A DNA stretch of 64,000 bases from a virus. The translations under genes were made by a program, and so were the position numbers. Positions 36,131 to 47,221 of this stretch are shown here, piece after piece (the first letter of the stretch is position 1; every line of letters starts with the position of its first letter). The notes below the pieces were generated by a model, which saw nothing but the letters and a program-made list of their open reading frames with translations, did not search any database and was not told the DNA's origin. Location of the stretch: the IMG/VR virus record IMGVR_UViG_3300010401_000004, positions 6,831 through 70,830 of that record; one strand, written 5' to 3'.

Positions 36131-36956
36131 ATGGGACTACCAGCCGTTAAGTTTGAGGCGCAACTGCACCTTGTTGAATGTTGGGCTTGCCAGATGATGT
36201 TTGGCGTAACCAGCTACTTTGAAAGTAGGCGGCGGGAAGATCACCAGACATTCTATTGCCCCGCTGGTCATGGACAAGTTTGGGCCGCCGAAACCGATTT
36301 GGAAAAGGAACGCCGCAAATCGCAGATGCTTGCCGATCAGGTTCGCATGGAACGTGAGGAGCGGTTGAAAGTCGAGCGTAAACTAAAGCGCGTTCATAAC
36401 GGCACCTGTCCGCATTGCAATCGGTCGTTTGCGAACTTGGCGCGACACATGAAATCTAAGCATGAGAAAGGGAAGTAATGGCTAAGAAAATCTCCGCAGT
36501 ACAACGTCTCGTTACCTTCGCAATGGAAGTAAGCGAGGAAGAGTTAAATCAAGTGTTGGAAGTGCTGGCCGCGATTAAGGCGAGCAGGTTTCCAGTGAAG
36601 AAGGGAACAAGGACTCGAAAGGCGGATAAGAGATCGCCCGCGTTACAAGCAGCGATTGACGACGCTAATAACGGGTGACGAATAGCACCATGAAAGGGTT
36701 GAATATGATTGATCCAAAAGAACTCGCAACTAACGCGCTGACAGGGCATTGGCCTCCGCATTATGGAGTGACGAATAATACCGAGAGGATCGAGTTGCTG
36801 GCGCGGGAGTTGGAGAAGTTAGCTGACGAAGCGGTTGACGCCGATGCGCTAACAGAACGCGCCGATGATGCCGAGGAGAATTTAGCCGAAGCCGACGACG
36901 AACTAAAAGAGCGCAAAACCTGCACGACCTGCGATCTATGCGAGGAGCACAAATGA
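36131..36956 (+). CDS. Three small genes (36131-36478 Zn-finger, 36478-36678, 36675-36956)
   Basis: First has CWAC, CPAGH and CPHCNRSFANLARHMKSKH. Confidence 0.65.
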
Positions 36957-38038
36957 GCCTCACCATTCCCGCTAAAGACCTGTCCGCTGCGTTGTCTCTT
37001 GTTCTATCCGCCACGGAGCGTAAAGGGACGATTCCGATACTGAGCTATGTACTAGTTGAGGGAAGTAAGGGTGTAGTCAAGCTCACCGCTACGGACATTG
37101 ACTCTACCTTGCAAACCGAACTGACGGCAGAATGTGACGACTTCGCATGGTGCGTGCCAGGGGCGAAGTTAGCGGCGCTCGTTCAACTTATCTCTGGGGA
37201 CATCAACCTAATCGAATCCAAGGGCCGCATCCTCGCCAAATCGGGCCACACTGAGCACCGCTTACCCTTCCAGCCACGTGAAGCGTTCCCGGCGATAGAG
37301 AGCGCCCCGAATCGATTAGGAAGCCTTAGCGGGCCTCTATTCGCGCAATTACTCCTTACAGCTTTGATAGCCACAGAGACAAACCCCGACGGCCCCGGCT
37401 GGTGGCTGAATCTTGAACTAATCGCAAAGGATGGGAAGTTGACCGTTACCGGATGCTCGAATGCGAGGGTGTCGAGTGTGGCGGTGGATTTCTCCGGGGA
37501 ATTCGAGGCGAACATTCCGTTGAGAGCATCACGGATACTCGCTACGTTCGCTGAGACGGCAGAGTCAGTAGAGATCGCGTGTTCTAATAATCTGTTAAGT
37601 CTCTATTCCTCCACTGGCGCGGCACATTCTCGGTTGTCTAACTTGAAAATGGCTGAGTGGAGAATTTTAGTTAGCCCTGCATATGAATATGCCATTGAAC
37701 TCAATCCTGAGACTGTTTTACCTCCACTGAAACGCGCTCTCTTGGCTTCGGACTCCGGTGCGGTGAGTATCAGTCTAAGTAAATCAGAAGCCATCCTAAC
37801 CGCCACGGACAACGACGCCCAGCGGGAAGGACGAGAGATCGCGTCAATCACTTCTAATCTAAATGGCTCTACTTACGATCTCCGTCTTATGGGTGAACAA
37901 GTGGTGGATTACTTGAAACTCTGTAAGTCATCCGTAGTCTGGCAGATCAATGCAAACAATTCCGCCATGATGTTTCGGTTGAAAGAGAACGCAGACTTTC
38001 AGTGGGACTACATTCAGACGACGTTGAGAGTGAGATAA
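36953..38038 (+). CDS. dnaN: DNA polymerase III beta sliding clamp homologue
   Basis: KGTIPILSYVLV..LTATDID..AFP; ~360 aa. Confidence 0.85.
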   Translation: MSLTIPAKDLSAALSLVLSATERKGTIPILSYVLVEGSKGVVKLTATDIDSTLQTELTAECDDFAWCVPGAKLAALVQLISGDINLIESKGRILAKSGHTEHRLPFQPREAFPAIESAPNRLGSLSGPLFAQLLLTALIATETNPDGPGWWLNLELIAKDGKLTVTGCSNARVSSVAVDFSGEFEANIPLRASRILATFAETAESVEIACSNNLLSLYSSTGAAHSRLSNLKMAEWRILVSPAYEYAIELNPETVLPPLKRALLASDSGAVSISLSKSEAILTATDNDAQREGREIASITSNLNGSTYDLRLMGEQVVDYLKLCKSSVVWQINANNSAMMFRLKENADFQWDYIQTTLRVR

Positions 38039-38041
38039 GGT

Positions 38042-38752
38042 ATGAAGCCGTATTATGAGGCTGAGGGAATGGTGATTTATCACGGGGATTGCCGCGAGAT
38101 TTTACCCGAACTGCCGAAGGTGGATTTAGTGCTGACCGATCCGCCTTATGGAATTTGTGTTGTGCAACGCACCTATCGCAACAAGAAAAGCAAGCCAGGG
38201 CGAGCGTTGGCCCACAAACGGTTCTATGATGAAAGCCATGAGTGGGACAACCAGCCGCCTGAAGAGGTTGTTATTAACGCAACGTGCAATGCTGCGGTAC
38301 GTGCAATAGTTTGGGGTGGAAATTATTTTAACTTACCTCCATCTAAATGTTGGCTTGTTTGGGACAAGATAAACGGTTCAAATGATTTTGCTGACTGTGA
38401 ATTAGCGTGGACTAATCTTGATAAGGCTGTGCGAAAGTTTGCTTATATGTGGAATGGAATGCTGCAAGGGAACATGAAAACCAAAGAGAGACGAACTCAC
38501 CCTACCCAAAAACCAGTACCGCTAATGATATGGTGCCTGACTCTCGTGCCAACCGCCCAAACCATCCTCGACCCCTTCATGGGCAGCGGCACAACCTTAA
38601 TCGCCGCCAAGCAACTCAACCGTAAAGCTATCGGTATTGAGATTGAAGAAAAGTATTGTGAGATCGCAGCGCGGCGATTAGACGATACGGCGGTATTGTT
38701 TCAACCTGCACCGCGAGCGTCGGAAGAGCCGATTGATTTATTCGCGTCATGA
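38042..38752 (+). CDS. DNA N6-adenine/N4-cytosine methyltransferase (beta class)
   Basis: TDPPY, HPTQKP, LDPFMGSGTT. Confidence 0.93.
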   Translation: MKPYYEAEGMVIYHGDCREILPELPKVDLVLTDPPYGICVVQRTYRNKKSKPGRALAHKRFYDESHEWDNQPPEEVVINATCNAAVRAIVWGGNYFNLPPSKCWLVWDKINGSNDFADCELAWTNLDKAVRKFAYMWNGMLQGNMKTKERRTHPTQKPVPLMIWCLTLVPTAQTILDPFMGSGTTLIAAKQLNRKAIGIEIEEKYCEIAARRLDDTAVLFQPAPRASEEPIDLFAS

Positions 38753-38816
38753 CAATCATCATCCACCCTCAGATATGGCCCTGCACAAACGGCAAGCGGT
38801 TGGGACGAGGTAAACC

Positions 38817-39119
38817 ATGAGATTATATGTATCCGGCCCAATGACGGGCCGCATTGAGCTTAACTACCCGGCCTTCACTCAGGCCGCGCAATTACTCCGT
38901 GACGCTGGTTACGAAGTAGTTAGTCCGCATGAACTCAACCCGCAAGATGCTGAGTCATGGATTGAATGCATGAAGGTTGATATCCGCGCACTGCTTGACT
39001 GCGAAGGCGTGGCGACTTTAACGGGCCATGAGAAGTCAAAAGGCGCAACGCTGGAAAATACCATCGCCGCTGCTATGGGGATGGAAATCAAATCGCTGGC
39101 TGACTGGCTAGAGCGGTAG
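38817..39119 (+). CDS. DUF4406 protein
   Basis: LYVSGPMTG..NYPAF..SKGATLE. Confidence 0.8.
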   Translation: MRLYVSGPMTGRIELNYPAFTQAAQLLRDAGYEVVSPHELNPQDAESWIECMKVDIRALLDCEGVATLTGHEKSKGATLENTIAAAMGMEIKSLADWLER

Positions 39120-39134
39120 AGTGCTACTTACGAA

Positions 39135-39389
39135 CTAATCCGGGTCAGTGTGGCGATCGTCAATCTTCCGCTTCCGCCGAAACGCCGCTTTGACTTCACC
39201 TAGCACCGCACTCAAATCCCTACTTCTCCATGCGCCGTTCAATTCTCTAACTTTAGCCGGAACGGTACTTGGAAACCGAATGTAGTAGTAACCATGCGCC
39301 GCCCAAAGTTTCGTGCGATTCTCGATTGCGTCGCCACAGATTGATAGAATACGAGCGCGTAGCCATGCAAGAGTTTCAGTTGGTTTCAT
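39135..39389 (-). CDS. Hypothetical protein
   Basis: Last ORF of the minus-strand late block. Confidence 0.45.
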   Translation of the reverse strand: MKPTETLAWLRARILSICGDAIENRTKLWAAHGYYYIRFPSTVPAKVRELNGAWRSRDLSAVLGEVKAAFRRKRKIDDRHTDPD

Positions 39390-39587
39390 ATTTCACCCGT
39401 TATTGTTTTTATCCGGTGGCGGCACCCAATCATGCCGGGCCTTCGCCGAGTCGTACCAGAATTTTGACTACTCGCTGCACCGACTTCAAATCTTTTCCTG
39501 CGTCAACCTGCGCTCGCAACCAGTCTCTTACGCAACGAGGAGGGCGCTCAACAGGTTTGGGTTTGGACTTCACAGTATGGGCAGCCC

Positions 39588-41081
39588 TTACGGTCGTGCA
39601 ATGCTGCTTCTGAAAGTCTGCTGCGCCGGTGCTCGCAGTTTCGGCTCAACCGTGGCTGATACCTGGAAGATTGTATTCAGCATTTGGCGGAACTCTAGCG
39701 CGGCCTGACTTCCCTTTACTCCCGGCGTCATCATTGCCCAGCTATCTTTTGAGAAAAGTAAGTTGTTTGGAAAGCCGATCAAGATAGTTGCCTCTCCGCC
39801 TGCCGGAATCTCAAATCCTGCTCCACCAGCAAACTGCTGAAGCCGCTGTTGCTGTTCGCCGCTGCGATCAGGGAACAGTGCCCCAAGCGCCGGGCCTAGC
39901 GTCCCACCAGCCAGCGCCACACCAGTCGGCCCATCCCGGCCAGCCAAGCGAGGAAAGGCGGTGATCGCTGCCGTGCTGATAGACAATACGAAGTAGAAGG
40001 CTCGTGTCAGTTTCGCCCGTTTACTATTTTCTTGATGCGTCTGCATGATGGCTTGAAGTTCCGCAGGTGAGATCGGATTGATTGCACCACCAGCGAACTT
40101 GAAATACCGACTCGCAAGCGCATGACACGCCGCAAAATCAAAACCAGGGATCGCCAGTGCCGCATCGTCGCATTGACCCGGATTTGGGTAGCCCCACAAC
40201 CGCCTTACATTGACTCCGACTACTTCCGGCGCTGAGGTCTGAGCAACGACAGTGACACGAAAGAATGTGACCTGATCCTTGAGGCCGTCGAACATCTTTA
40301 ATTCGTCGTAGGACACAAGGGTTGGAGCAATCACTTGAATGTCGTTTGGCCCAAGCATCCCTTGTGACGGCGGGGCCGCTTCCACAATCGGAATAGACAA
40401 GTCAGGCGGCGTAGGCTTAGGCCGCTGCGCTTCAATAGGCATTGCAGCCGCTACTAGAATCAACGAGAGGAAGATTTTAGACAACATCACTTGACACCTT
40501 TCTGAGATTTGCAACTTTGCAACTTACCATCCTTCAACCTAACCCGCTGCCCGACTCTCACCTTACAGAACTTACTTCGCGGGAACCGATGCGCTCCACA
40601 CTGTACCGTGTTTCGTTCGATGCGAGTCACGCGGCAGGTCTGTGAGTGGGCGGGCACGCTCAGGGTAAGCAGGAACGCTATTAAATGAAGGTGCGCCAGT
40701 ACCTTTTTCTTCTTAGCTGCCATATTCAGTTTCCTTCTTGCCTCTTCTTAGCGGCTCTTGTGTTTCGTAGCAAAATAGTTACTGGCTGCCTGACGCACCG
40801 CAAACTTAATCCCAATCCTTAATATACCATCGCCCGCCTCGTTGTCTGACATAAGGCGCGACGATACTCATAGCTTCCTTCGGAGTCTTGCCTTCTTGGA
40901 AACATACTATTCTCAACCACTCAGACCAACTTTCATCGTACTTGGGAATTCTGATGTTGTACTCCTTGAAGGCTATTATCTTCACTTGCGCAAACCAGAC
41001 GTGAAAGTCCTTTGGATTAGACTGTCCCAAGCTGATGGTTGGGAAAACAAGCAATAGGAAGATGGCAAGTTTGAGTTTCAT
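39588..41081 (-). CDS. Three signal-peptide-bearing proteins (39588-40487, 40487-40723, 40806-41081)
   Basis: Each begins with basic residues, a hydrophobic stretch and an AxA/S/G-Q cleavage-like site. Confidence 0.6.
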
Positions 41082-41082
41082 T

Positions 41083-41379
41083 CTAGACCTTGCCTACGCC
41101 CGCCTCAACAGCACTTGCCAACTTCGCGGGCATTGTAGGACTGGCGATCTCTGCCTCAGACTTCGCGGGCATTCCCAAAGCGGCGATCACCTTATTGTAC
41201 AGGCCATACTTGTTGATAACTGACCAGACGATCATCACGCCTACGACGCCAGCGGCCATCAACAGTTCTGCGCCCTGGTTCTCAGTAACCCAGCCATGCG
41301 CGACCAGAAACACGATGATGCCTTGCAGAGCGTGGCGAATGATGCCTGCCAAGATTTCCTTGAATCGTTCTTTGTCCAT
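41083..41379 (-). CDS. Putative holin
   Basis: Two TM segments, IIRHAL..GWV..IVWS pattern; in lysis cluster. Confidence 0.65.
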   Translation of the reverse strand: MDKERFKEILAGIIRHALQGIIVFLVAHGWVTENQGAELLMAAGVVGVMIVWSVINKYGLYNKVIAALGMPAKSEAEIASPTMPAKLASAVEAGVGKV

Positions 41380-41422
41380 TAGTGGCCTCCATAGAGAGTG
41401 AAAAATTGTTCAAATCGCGGTA

Positions 41423-42205
41423 TCAGTGTGTCCCACAGATCTCCATCGTTGCAGCGGCAATGTCTCCGTCGGTTTCCGTGAACACTTGCCGCGTTCTCGC
41501 AAGCAGTCGTGCAAGTCGCCCTTTACCTAGCTGAAACTCCTTCGCGATGTTAAGTCGAGGTTGCCGCTGTCCTGCTGCCCATACAATCTGACATATCTCA
41601 ACGATTGAGATATCACGGTTCTTTGCGGACAGTTCTGCCATCCCTAAATCTTTCTTCGAGAGATTGCAAGCAGGATGGGCAGGTTGAACGTTATCGTAAG
41701 TATGCGAACCGCCCTTACTAACGGGAACTATATGATCTAAGTGCCACTTAGCGGGATCGACGGGTGTTTTGCAGATACCACATATTCCGTGCGCCGCCTC
41801 TAGCACTCTATTCCTGTCGATTAGCTCCGCCGGAAGATTTGCAACGCGCGCACGTCGTAACGGGTTATGCCCGCTCTCGCGATGACATCGTTTGCAATGT
41901 TTCCATCCGTCCTTATCCAGATAGGTATTCGCCCTGTCAAAAAGGTGGCCATGTTTGCAGTGCGTAACGCGACGGCAAACATGTTCAAATGCCTCACGTT
42001 TGTATTGCCCACACTCAAGACATCGCTCAAGTTGGACATCTGCGATTGGTGCCGACTCAAGATGGGTATAGGTACGGCCTCGTAATGCCGACGCAATCGC
42101 CTGCTTAGTTACGCGATGCTCATTGGCCAACTCATCGTAGGTAACGCCACCCGCTCGATATCGGTCACGCATCTCTGCAACTAGACTGTTGGACAACTTA
42201 CCCAT
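41423..42205 (-). CDS. HNH endonuclease with HTH and Zn motifs
   Basis: CGICK..HLDHIVPVSKGGSHTYDNVQPAHPACNLSK; THCKHGH..CKRC. Confidence 0.9.
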   Translation of the reverse strand: MGKLSNSLVAEMRDRYRAGGVTYDELANEHRVTKQAIASALRGRTYTHLESAPIADVQLERCLECGQYKREAFEHVCRRVTHCKHGHLFDRANTYLDKDGWKHCKRCHRESGHNPLRRARVANLPAELIDRNRVLEAAHGICGICKTPVDPAKWHLDHIVPVSKGGSHTYDNVQPAHPACNLSKKDLGMAELSAKNRDISIVEICQIVWAAGQRQPRLNIAKEFQLGKGRLARLLARTRQVFTETDGDIAAATMEICGTH

Positions 42206-42779
42206 AAGACTCAAAAAACTTGGCAAAGTAATCAATGAGCGAGTCGTACAAATCACCACGCTTGACCTGCTTCGTTGGTCCAGTGTACATCACGGCCCTG
42301 AATCTGTCTGTACCTTGCTTCGATAACAGTTTGCGCGCAGCGAGTCGGCCACTTGAGAATGGATCGTTGTTCGATACGGCCGGCTTCCCGTCGGCATCGT
42401 AAAAGACAGTGCCCCAAACATCCGCCCAAGCAAGCCCGTCCATCGTGAATTCTTTCGCCGCAACGGAGCGCATCGTCCACAAGAAATTCATTTGAAAAGT
42501 CGCCAAATCCCACGACTTCATTTTCATCTCTGTGAAGTCCCACCAAACGAGCGCCTTATCGTTGCCGTTGGTGTTTGGGACTGACCGCAGATTGAACGAC
42601 GCCTCGCAAAGATGCGTGAAGCTAATCAGCGCCGACGAAATCTTCTCAGCCCTTGCGATTTGCAAATGAAGATCGGCAGCTTCTTGTGAAATAGGCGGAC
42701 GGCCATTTGGCGACAAGGTTGTTATCGCAGTCAGCGCCTCATTAATCCCGCTTGATGCTATCGCTTCATCAAAGGTCAT
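42198..42779 (-). CDS. Lysozyme/transglycosylase-like protein
   Basis: EASFN..NTNG..DLATFQMN resembles ESxFN..DxGxFQIN; follows the amidase. Confidence 0.5.
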   Translation of the reverse strand: MTFDEAIASSGINEALTAITTLSPNGRPPISQEAADLHLQIARAEKISSALISFTHLCEASFNLRSVPNTNGNDKALVWWDFTEMKMKSWDLATFQMNFLWTMRSVAAKEFTMDGLAWADVWGTVFYDADGKPAVSNNDPFSSGRLAARKLLSKQGTDRFRAVMYTGPTKQVKRGDLYDSLIDYFAKFFESYG

Positions 42780-43393
42780 TCAGCTTTCCGCTTATCGAGG
42801 TAGTAGCCGACTAGAAGTAGAAATCGGTTTTTGGGATAGTTGACGCCAGGATCGGTATGTCCCGTGCTGGGATAAGCCTTCTGTATTTCGGCGTGGCTGG
42901 TAATCCCTTTGGCCCCGGCCTTTATCTCAGCCGCAGTCAGCCACACCACAGGAATATCAAACTTGAGGCAGAGTTGTGCAGTAATCTTTGTACAGTTGTC
43001 GATGACCTGCATTGAGTACCCGTCGCCCCATTCGAGGGCCGTCTGAGCCGCTTTTCCGCATTGCTCGATATGTACGCCATCTTGGTTCGCTCCGATGGCC
43101 CCAGCGGCAGTGTCAGAGTCCTTGACGCATTGAATGATTTCTCTGTCGTCAACGACGTAGTGACTAGAGCCTTTCCGTGGCGGATTCTGGAAGTATGTGG
43201 CAATGGCCCGCGCGCCGCCTTCTACCTCAAGGCTCTCCGTACTATGCACGACTATTAGCCTGACTTGTTTGGCGCGACCCTTGATCTGGTACTTGGCGGG
43301 AATATACTCGAAATTATCTGTGTCTCGCATCCCCGCCATTCTAACGCCCTCGCATGGTGAAGCGCAAGGGAATTCTACAGTTCTCGAATTCAT
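42776..43393 (-). CDS. Endolysin, N-acetylmuramoyl-L-alanine amidase (Amidase_2)
   Basis: IVVHSTE, SSHYVVD, HIEQCG, ITSH, HTDPG. Confidence 0.92.
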   Translation of the reverse strand: MNSRTVEFPCASPCEGVRMAGMRDTDNFEYIPAKYQIKGRAKQVRLIVVHSTESLEVEGGARAIATYFQNPPRKGSSHYVVDDREIIQCVKDSDTAAGAIGANQDGVHIEQCGKAAQTALEWGDGYSMQVIDNCTKITAQLCLKFDIPVVWLTAAEIKAGAKGITSHAEIQKAYPSTGHTDPGVNYPKNRFLLLVGYYLDKRKAE

Positions 43394-43520
43394 GAAATAT
43401 ATTTATTTTCAGTGGCGATTTGCTTAGTGTTTCCGTGAACCGAGAGGCAGAAATGGCCTGTTCTGCTTATGAGGCCACTTGACAGCCGTGTTATAATGTA
43501 CATGAAAGTGAGAACAGCAC

Positions 43521-43814
43521 ATGACAGACCTTAACAAACGAGTAGTCAGAATCACAGGCGCAAGACGGCACGAGAAGTCACGCACCCGTGCAGTCATCCT
43601 GAGTCTTGAGCCGCCCGCGTCGGTAGGCGTGAGGCTTCAAGGGACGCGACAGACGTATCGACTTGAAGGCGAGTCGATTTATGAATTAGCGGTACGGCAT
43701 CACGAGGCGCAGATCGAGAAACGCGCCAAGCGAATCGCTAAGGACGAACTTAAACCCATGCGGAGCGCCAGAGCAAAGGCCCGCAAAGAGATGGCAAAGG
43801 AGTTGAAAGCATGA
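43521..43814 (+). CDS. Basic hypothetical protein
   Basis: Downstream of TGnTATAAT at ~43489-43497. Confidence 0.6.
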   Translation: MTDLNKRVVRITGARRHEKSRTRAVILSLEPPASVGVRLQGTRQTYRLEGESIYELAVRHHEAQIEKRAKRIAKDELKPMRSARAKARKEMAKELKA

Positions 43815-44287
43815 AGACCATAGGCGGACGTGAACGAGACAGCCAGAAATCTAAAGTGTACGGATGGGAAGCAAGACTGCAACTACCTGACACTGCGAAT
43901 AAAAAGCTAACACTGAAAGAATGCGCGCAGATGGTCAAGCGTGTCTATAGGCTTTATGATCAGCCCGCGCCTCGTGTAGTTGACGGGCGGGGAACACGCA
44001 ACGCCCACGGCTCACCGTGGCGAGTGAGTCTTCCTCGTTGGGCACGCACAGGTCGCGTGGTACTTCATGAAGCTGCACACGGGCTAACTAAAATCTACTG
44101 CCCCGGCAAGGCTGCACACGGCCCTGAGTTTGTAGCCATCTTCGCGGAGTTACTGAACATCTTCTACGGCGTCTCCCTGTTCTACCTTGAAGGGGAATCT
44201 ATCAAGAGTCGCGTGAGCATGGCGATCGCATCGTACAAACCCGAACACGTGAAAGCGAGAAGTAATGTTACTACCAAAAGGAATTAG
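43811..44287 (+). CDS. HEXXH metallopeptidase (SprT/Rv0185-like)
   Basis: VVLHEAAHGL..AHGPEF. Confidence 0.75.
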   Translation: MKTIGGRERDSQKSKVYGWEARLQLPDTANKKLTLKECAQMVKRVYRLYDQPAPRVVDGRGTRNAHGSPWRVSLPRWARTGRVVLHEAAHGLTKIYCPGKAAHGPEFVAIFAELLNIFYGVSLFYLEGESIKSRVSMAIASYKPEHVKARSNVTTKRN

Positions 44288-44525
44288 AACAGACCGTGCA
44301 TTCTGCGTTCACTGCGGCGGCAAAGGCTGGCTCCCCACACCTGAATCACTGCGGGCTGAACGGGTTAAGGCCGGACTGTCTCTAACTGCGGTCGCAAAGG
44401 AAATGGGGATTGCAAAGTCTCGACTATCATCACTAGAAACCGGGCGCTGGGACTGGAATGCTGATCTCGTGAATAACTTCCGCACAGCGGTAGCCAAGCT
44501 AAAGCAAGCTATACGCCTCGCATGA
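44265..44525 (+). CDS. XRE HTH protein
   Basis: LRAERVKAGLSLTAVAKEMGIAKSRLSSLETG. Confidence 0.8.
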   Translation: MLLPKGIRTDRAFCVHCGGKGWLPTPESLRAERVKAGLSLTAVAKEMGIAKSRLSSLETGRWDWNADLVNNFRTAVAKLKQAIRLA

Positions 44526-44600
44526 GGCATTGCAACATAAATCGCGGGACTGCCGTCAGGGTGACTCTTGGCGGCTTTCTGGTGTGATATAATTTCAAAA

Positions 44601-45329
44601 ATGGCAGACTTGGGATGGATAGATAATCAGGGCCAGTTAAGGCCGCGCGATTGGGAAGAACACTGTAAATACTTCCGCAAAATACCCGCGCCTCAAGGAT
44701 GGGAGCATAAGCCGCAGACATGGGCCGAGTATTGTCGCATGGTTGTCGCCGCGCCTGATTGGCCAACTACTCAGCGGCTAATGGAGCAGTACCACGACGC
44801 ATTCGAGCTGAACTCCCTATCACCTGTTTACCCTCAAGCCCAAAAGCAGCCCAAGCTGCCTCCTGTGCCTCGCGCAGTGTACGATCCGCCTCGTGAGAGT
44901 CAGACCGTGCTGCGTACTAAGCGCCGCCGACTTCTTCAAATGAAGCCGCATTGTTTTTGGTGTGGTTGTCTTGTTGTGGAAACATTAAACGAGATACCGA
45001 ACAAGGCGACTATTGACCATCTCTATTCACGACACCATCCATACAGGACACGACGCCACAGCGAGGCGCACGCGGTTTTACACGTACTCGCTTGCTATGC
45101 TTGTAATCAGAGTCGGGCTATGTGTGAATTGAAAGGAATACCCTTCATTCCTCGATTGGCGGAGCGGTTAGAAATTGCCCGATTAGCTTGCGCGGTAAAC
45201 CCTGTCGATGTTGCCATCCCTGAATCACGGCACTTTGTAAGGCGAAGGGGCGCTCCCGTGCACCCTCGTCGCGTACTTTGCACAATCGAAGAGGCCATTG
45301 CTTTCGCGCAAGAAAACCCTTCACGCTAG
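44601..45329 (+). CDS. HNH-domain protein
   Basis: CFWCG..ATIDHL..LACYACNQSR; TGATATAAT 7 nt before ATG 44601. Confidence 0.75.
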   Translation: MADLGWIDNQGQLRPRDWEEHCKYFRKIPAPQGWEHKPQTWAEYCRMVVAAPDWPTTQRLMEQYHDAFELNSLSPVYPQAQKQPKLPPVPRAVYDPPRESQTVLRTKRRRLLQMKPHCFWCGCLVVETLNEIPNKATIDHLYSRHHPYRTRRHSEAHAVLHVLACYACNQSRAMCELKGIPFIPRLAERLEIARLACAVNPVDVAIPESRHFVRRRGAPVHPRRVLCTIEEAIAFAQENPSR

Positions 45330-45385
45330 CCCCACCCCTCTCACGCTGCTGGATTAGTAGGGCCGGTCTGCTGTGAGGGGAAGGC

Positions 45386-47211
45386 TTACGATAGACACTT
45401 CGGCCACGGCCCGTGATAGCCCATGCCTTCAAGCACGGCGCGTTGGAATTCGTAGGCCGCATCCTCTGCGATGATTAGCTTGGCGATGATGTTCTGAGGC
45501 TGGTTGAGGTTCCCGCCTTTATCGAGGAAGCGTTCGATGCCTTCACAGGTAACTTCAAATAACTTGGCAACTGAATCGCCGTCGATGATGATTTTTGTTT
45601 GACACCCGAGGTCACATATAGGGGGATTACCGTTAGGCATGGATTATCTCCTTTTGGGTTCCTTGTCTTGCTCTCGCTGGGTTTGAAGTCGAATTAACTT
45701 CTCACGATCATCGTGAATATAAACTTCATGCTGCCCGATCTTTTCTTGCAGGTCGTGGATGGCCGCACGTTGATCGGCGTCACGCAAAAGAATCGTTGTG
45801 CTGAGATTTGAGACTTGAACCTCAAGAGCGATTACGAAGCTGAGAACGGCCCCGCCAATGACTACCAGGATGGCGAGCAGCGGATACGGCAAAAACACGC
45901 CCTTAGCTTGCTGTGCTACCATTTGCTCCTCCGCTCGCGGCATAAACCAGCGATGCCATAAATTTTGCATGGGTTCATCCGGTCTTGTCTCTGGTAGCCG
46001 ATGGAGTACGTGTACATTCGTAAGTGGTTGACTCATGCGAACAGTTTCAATCTAGTGAATCCTTGTTTGGTGACGGTTCACTTCTCGTTTGATTTCATTT
46101 CCCGATAGGGAAGCCCCAGACCTCCCAGCCGATCAGAAACAACAGAAACCACAGTAGCAGATGCCCGCCAAAGGGTCGATAGTTTGCCGGCGTCCAGTTC
46201 ACCCAGCCTCCGAACACCAGCCAGATCAGCATCAGAATCCAGAAGACGATCCCGATTGATAGCGTCCCACCACTTGCAAATAGAAATACCATAGTGTCCC
46301 TCCTACCTCTTACTAACGTACAGAACAACACCAGCTAAAACGATTCCTTCGGTTGTCAAAAAGCCTAGCACGGCGATCACGGCAGCGATGATAAACCACA
46401 GACTCTTTGCGCCTTCGGTCTTACCTCCCATGTTAGTCAGCGCCACAATCAACTTCTTTTGATCTTCACGCATTTCAATGAGCATTGGATCGGCTACTGC
46501 CTGCTTTCCCGCGTCTTCATAGCGGGCCTTTTCCAGAGCCGCCATCCTGTTATTATTTTCCCGATCACGGGCCGCGTCTCGCTCGGCCAAAGCTGACGCG
46601 GTATCCCTCAGCACGGCTCTAATATCGTTTGCGGTAGTTTCGGCTGCTCGCGCCACCAGATCAACGGCGGCTTGAGTCCGAGCAGCCTCTGTGAGCCGGG
46701 CCATCTCATCATTGGCGCGAAATGCTGCCAGCTTGTCCTGCTCCATCTGGTGAACTGTAGCGTCGTGGCGCTGATGAACATCTGCAAGTTTCTCAATCCA
46801 CTTGACCGTTTCTCTGACTACCCTAATCTCCGCATCGACATAGCGGTCGCGCATTGTGTTGAGCGCGTCGGCAGATTCCTTGTTCGCTTGAACGAGGGCA
46901 ATAACATTAGCAGTCGGATCGATCACGGGCGCGCCCGTCGCATCCACCCCTAACCCTGTAGCCTTCCCACTCATTCGACATTATCACCCCTGTCTGTGTG
47001 ATGCCGCACATTAGTTACTCGCATCCGATTCGGGCGGCTTTTGCGCCTCAATTATCGCTTTTGCCAACTCAATCGCGCCTTCAAGTCTCAACAGGTTCAT
47101 TTCTCCCTGCATCATAGATTGTTTAGCTTGGTTCAAAAAGTCCACCTGCTGCGCTCGTTGCGCCTCAAGGTTTTCAAGTCGCTTCTCAAGTGTTAGCTCT
47201 TCTTCAGGCAT
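45386..47211 (-). CDS. Small membrane/coiled-coil genes (45386-45640, 45644-46036, 46095-46292, 46303-46974, 47011-47211)
   Basis: TM plus coiled-coil proteins after the tail fibre; possible holin, spanin or chaperone roles. Confidence 0.55.
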
Positions 47212-47221
47212 AAATTATCCT

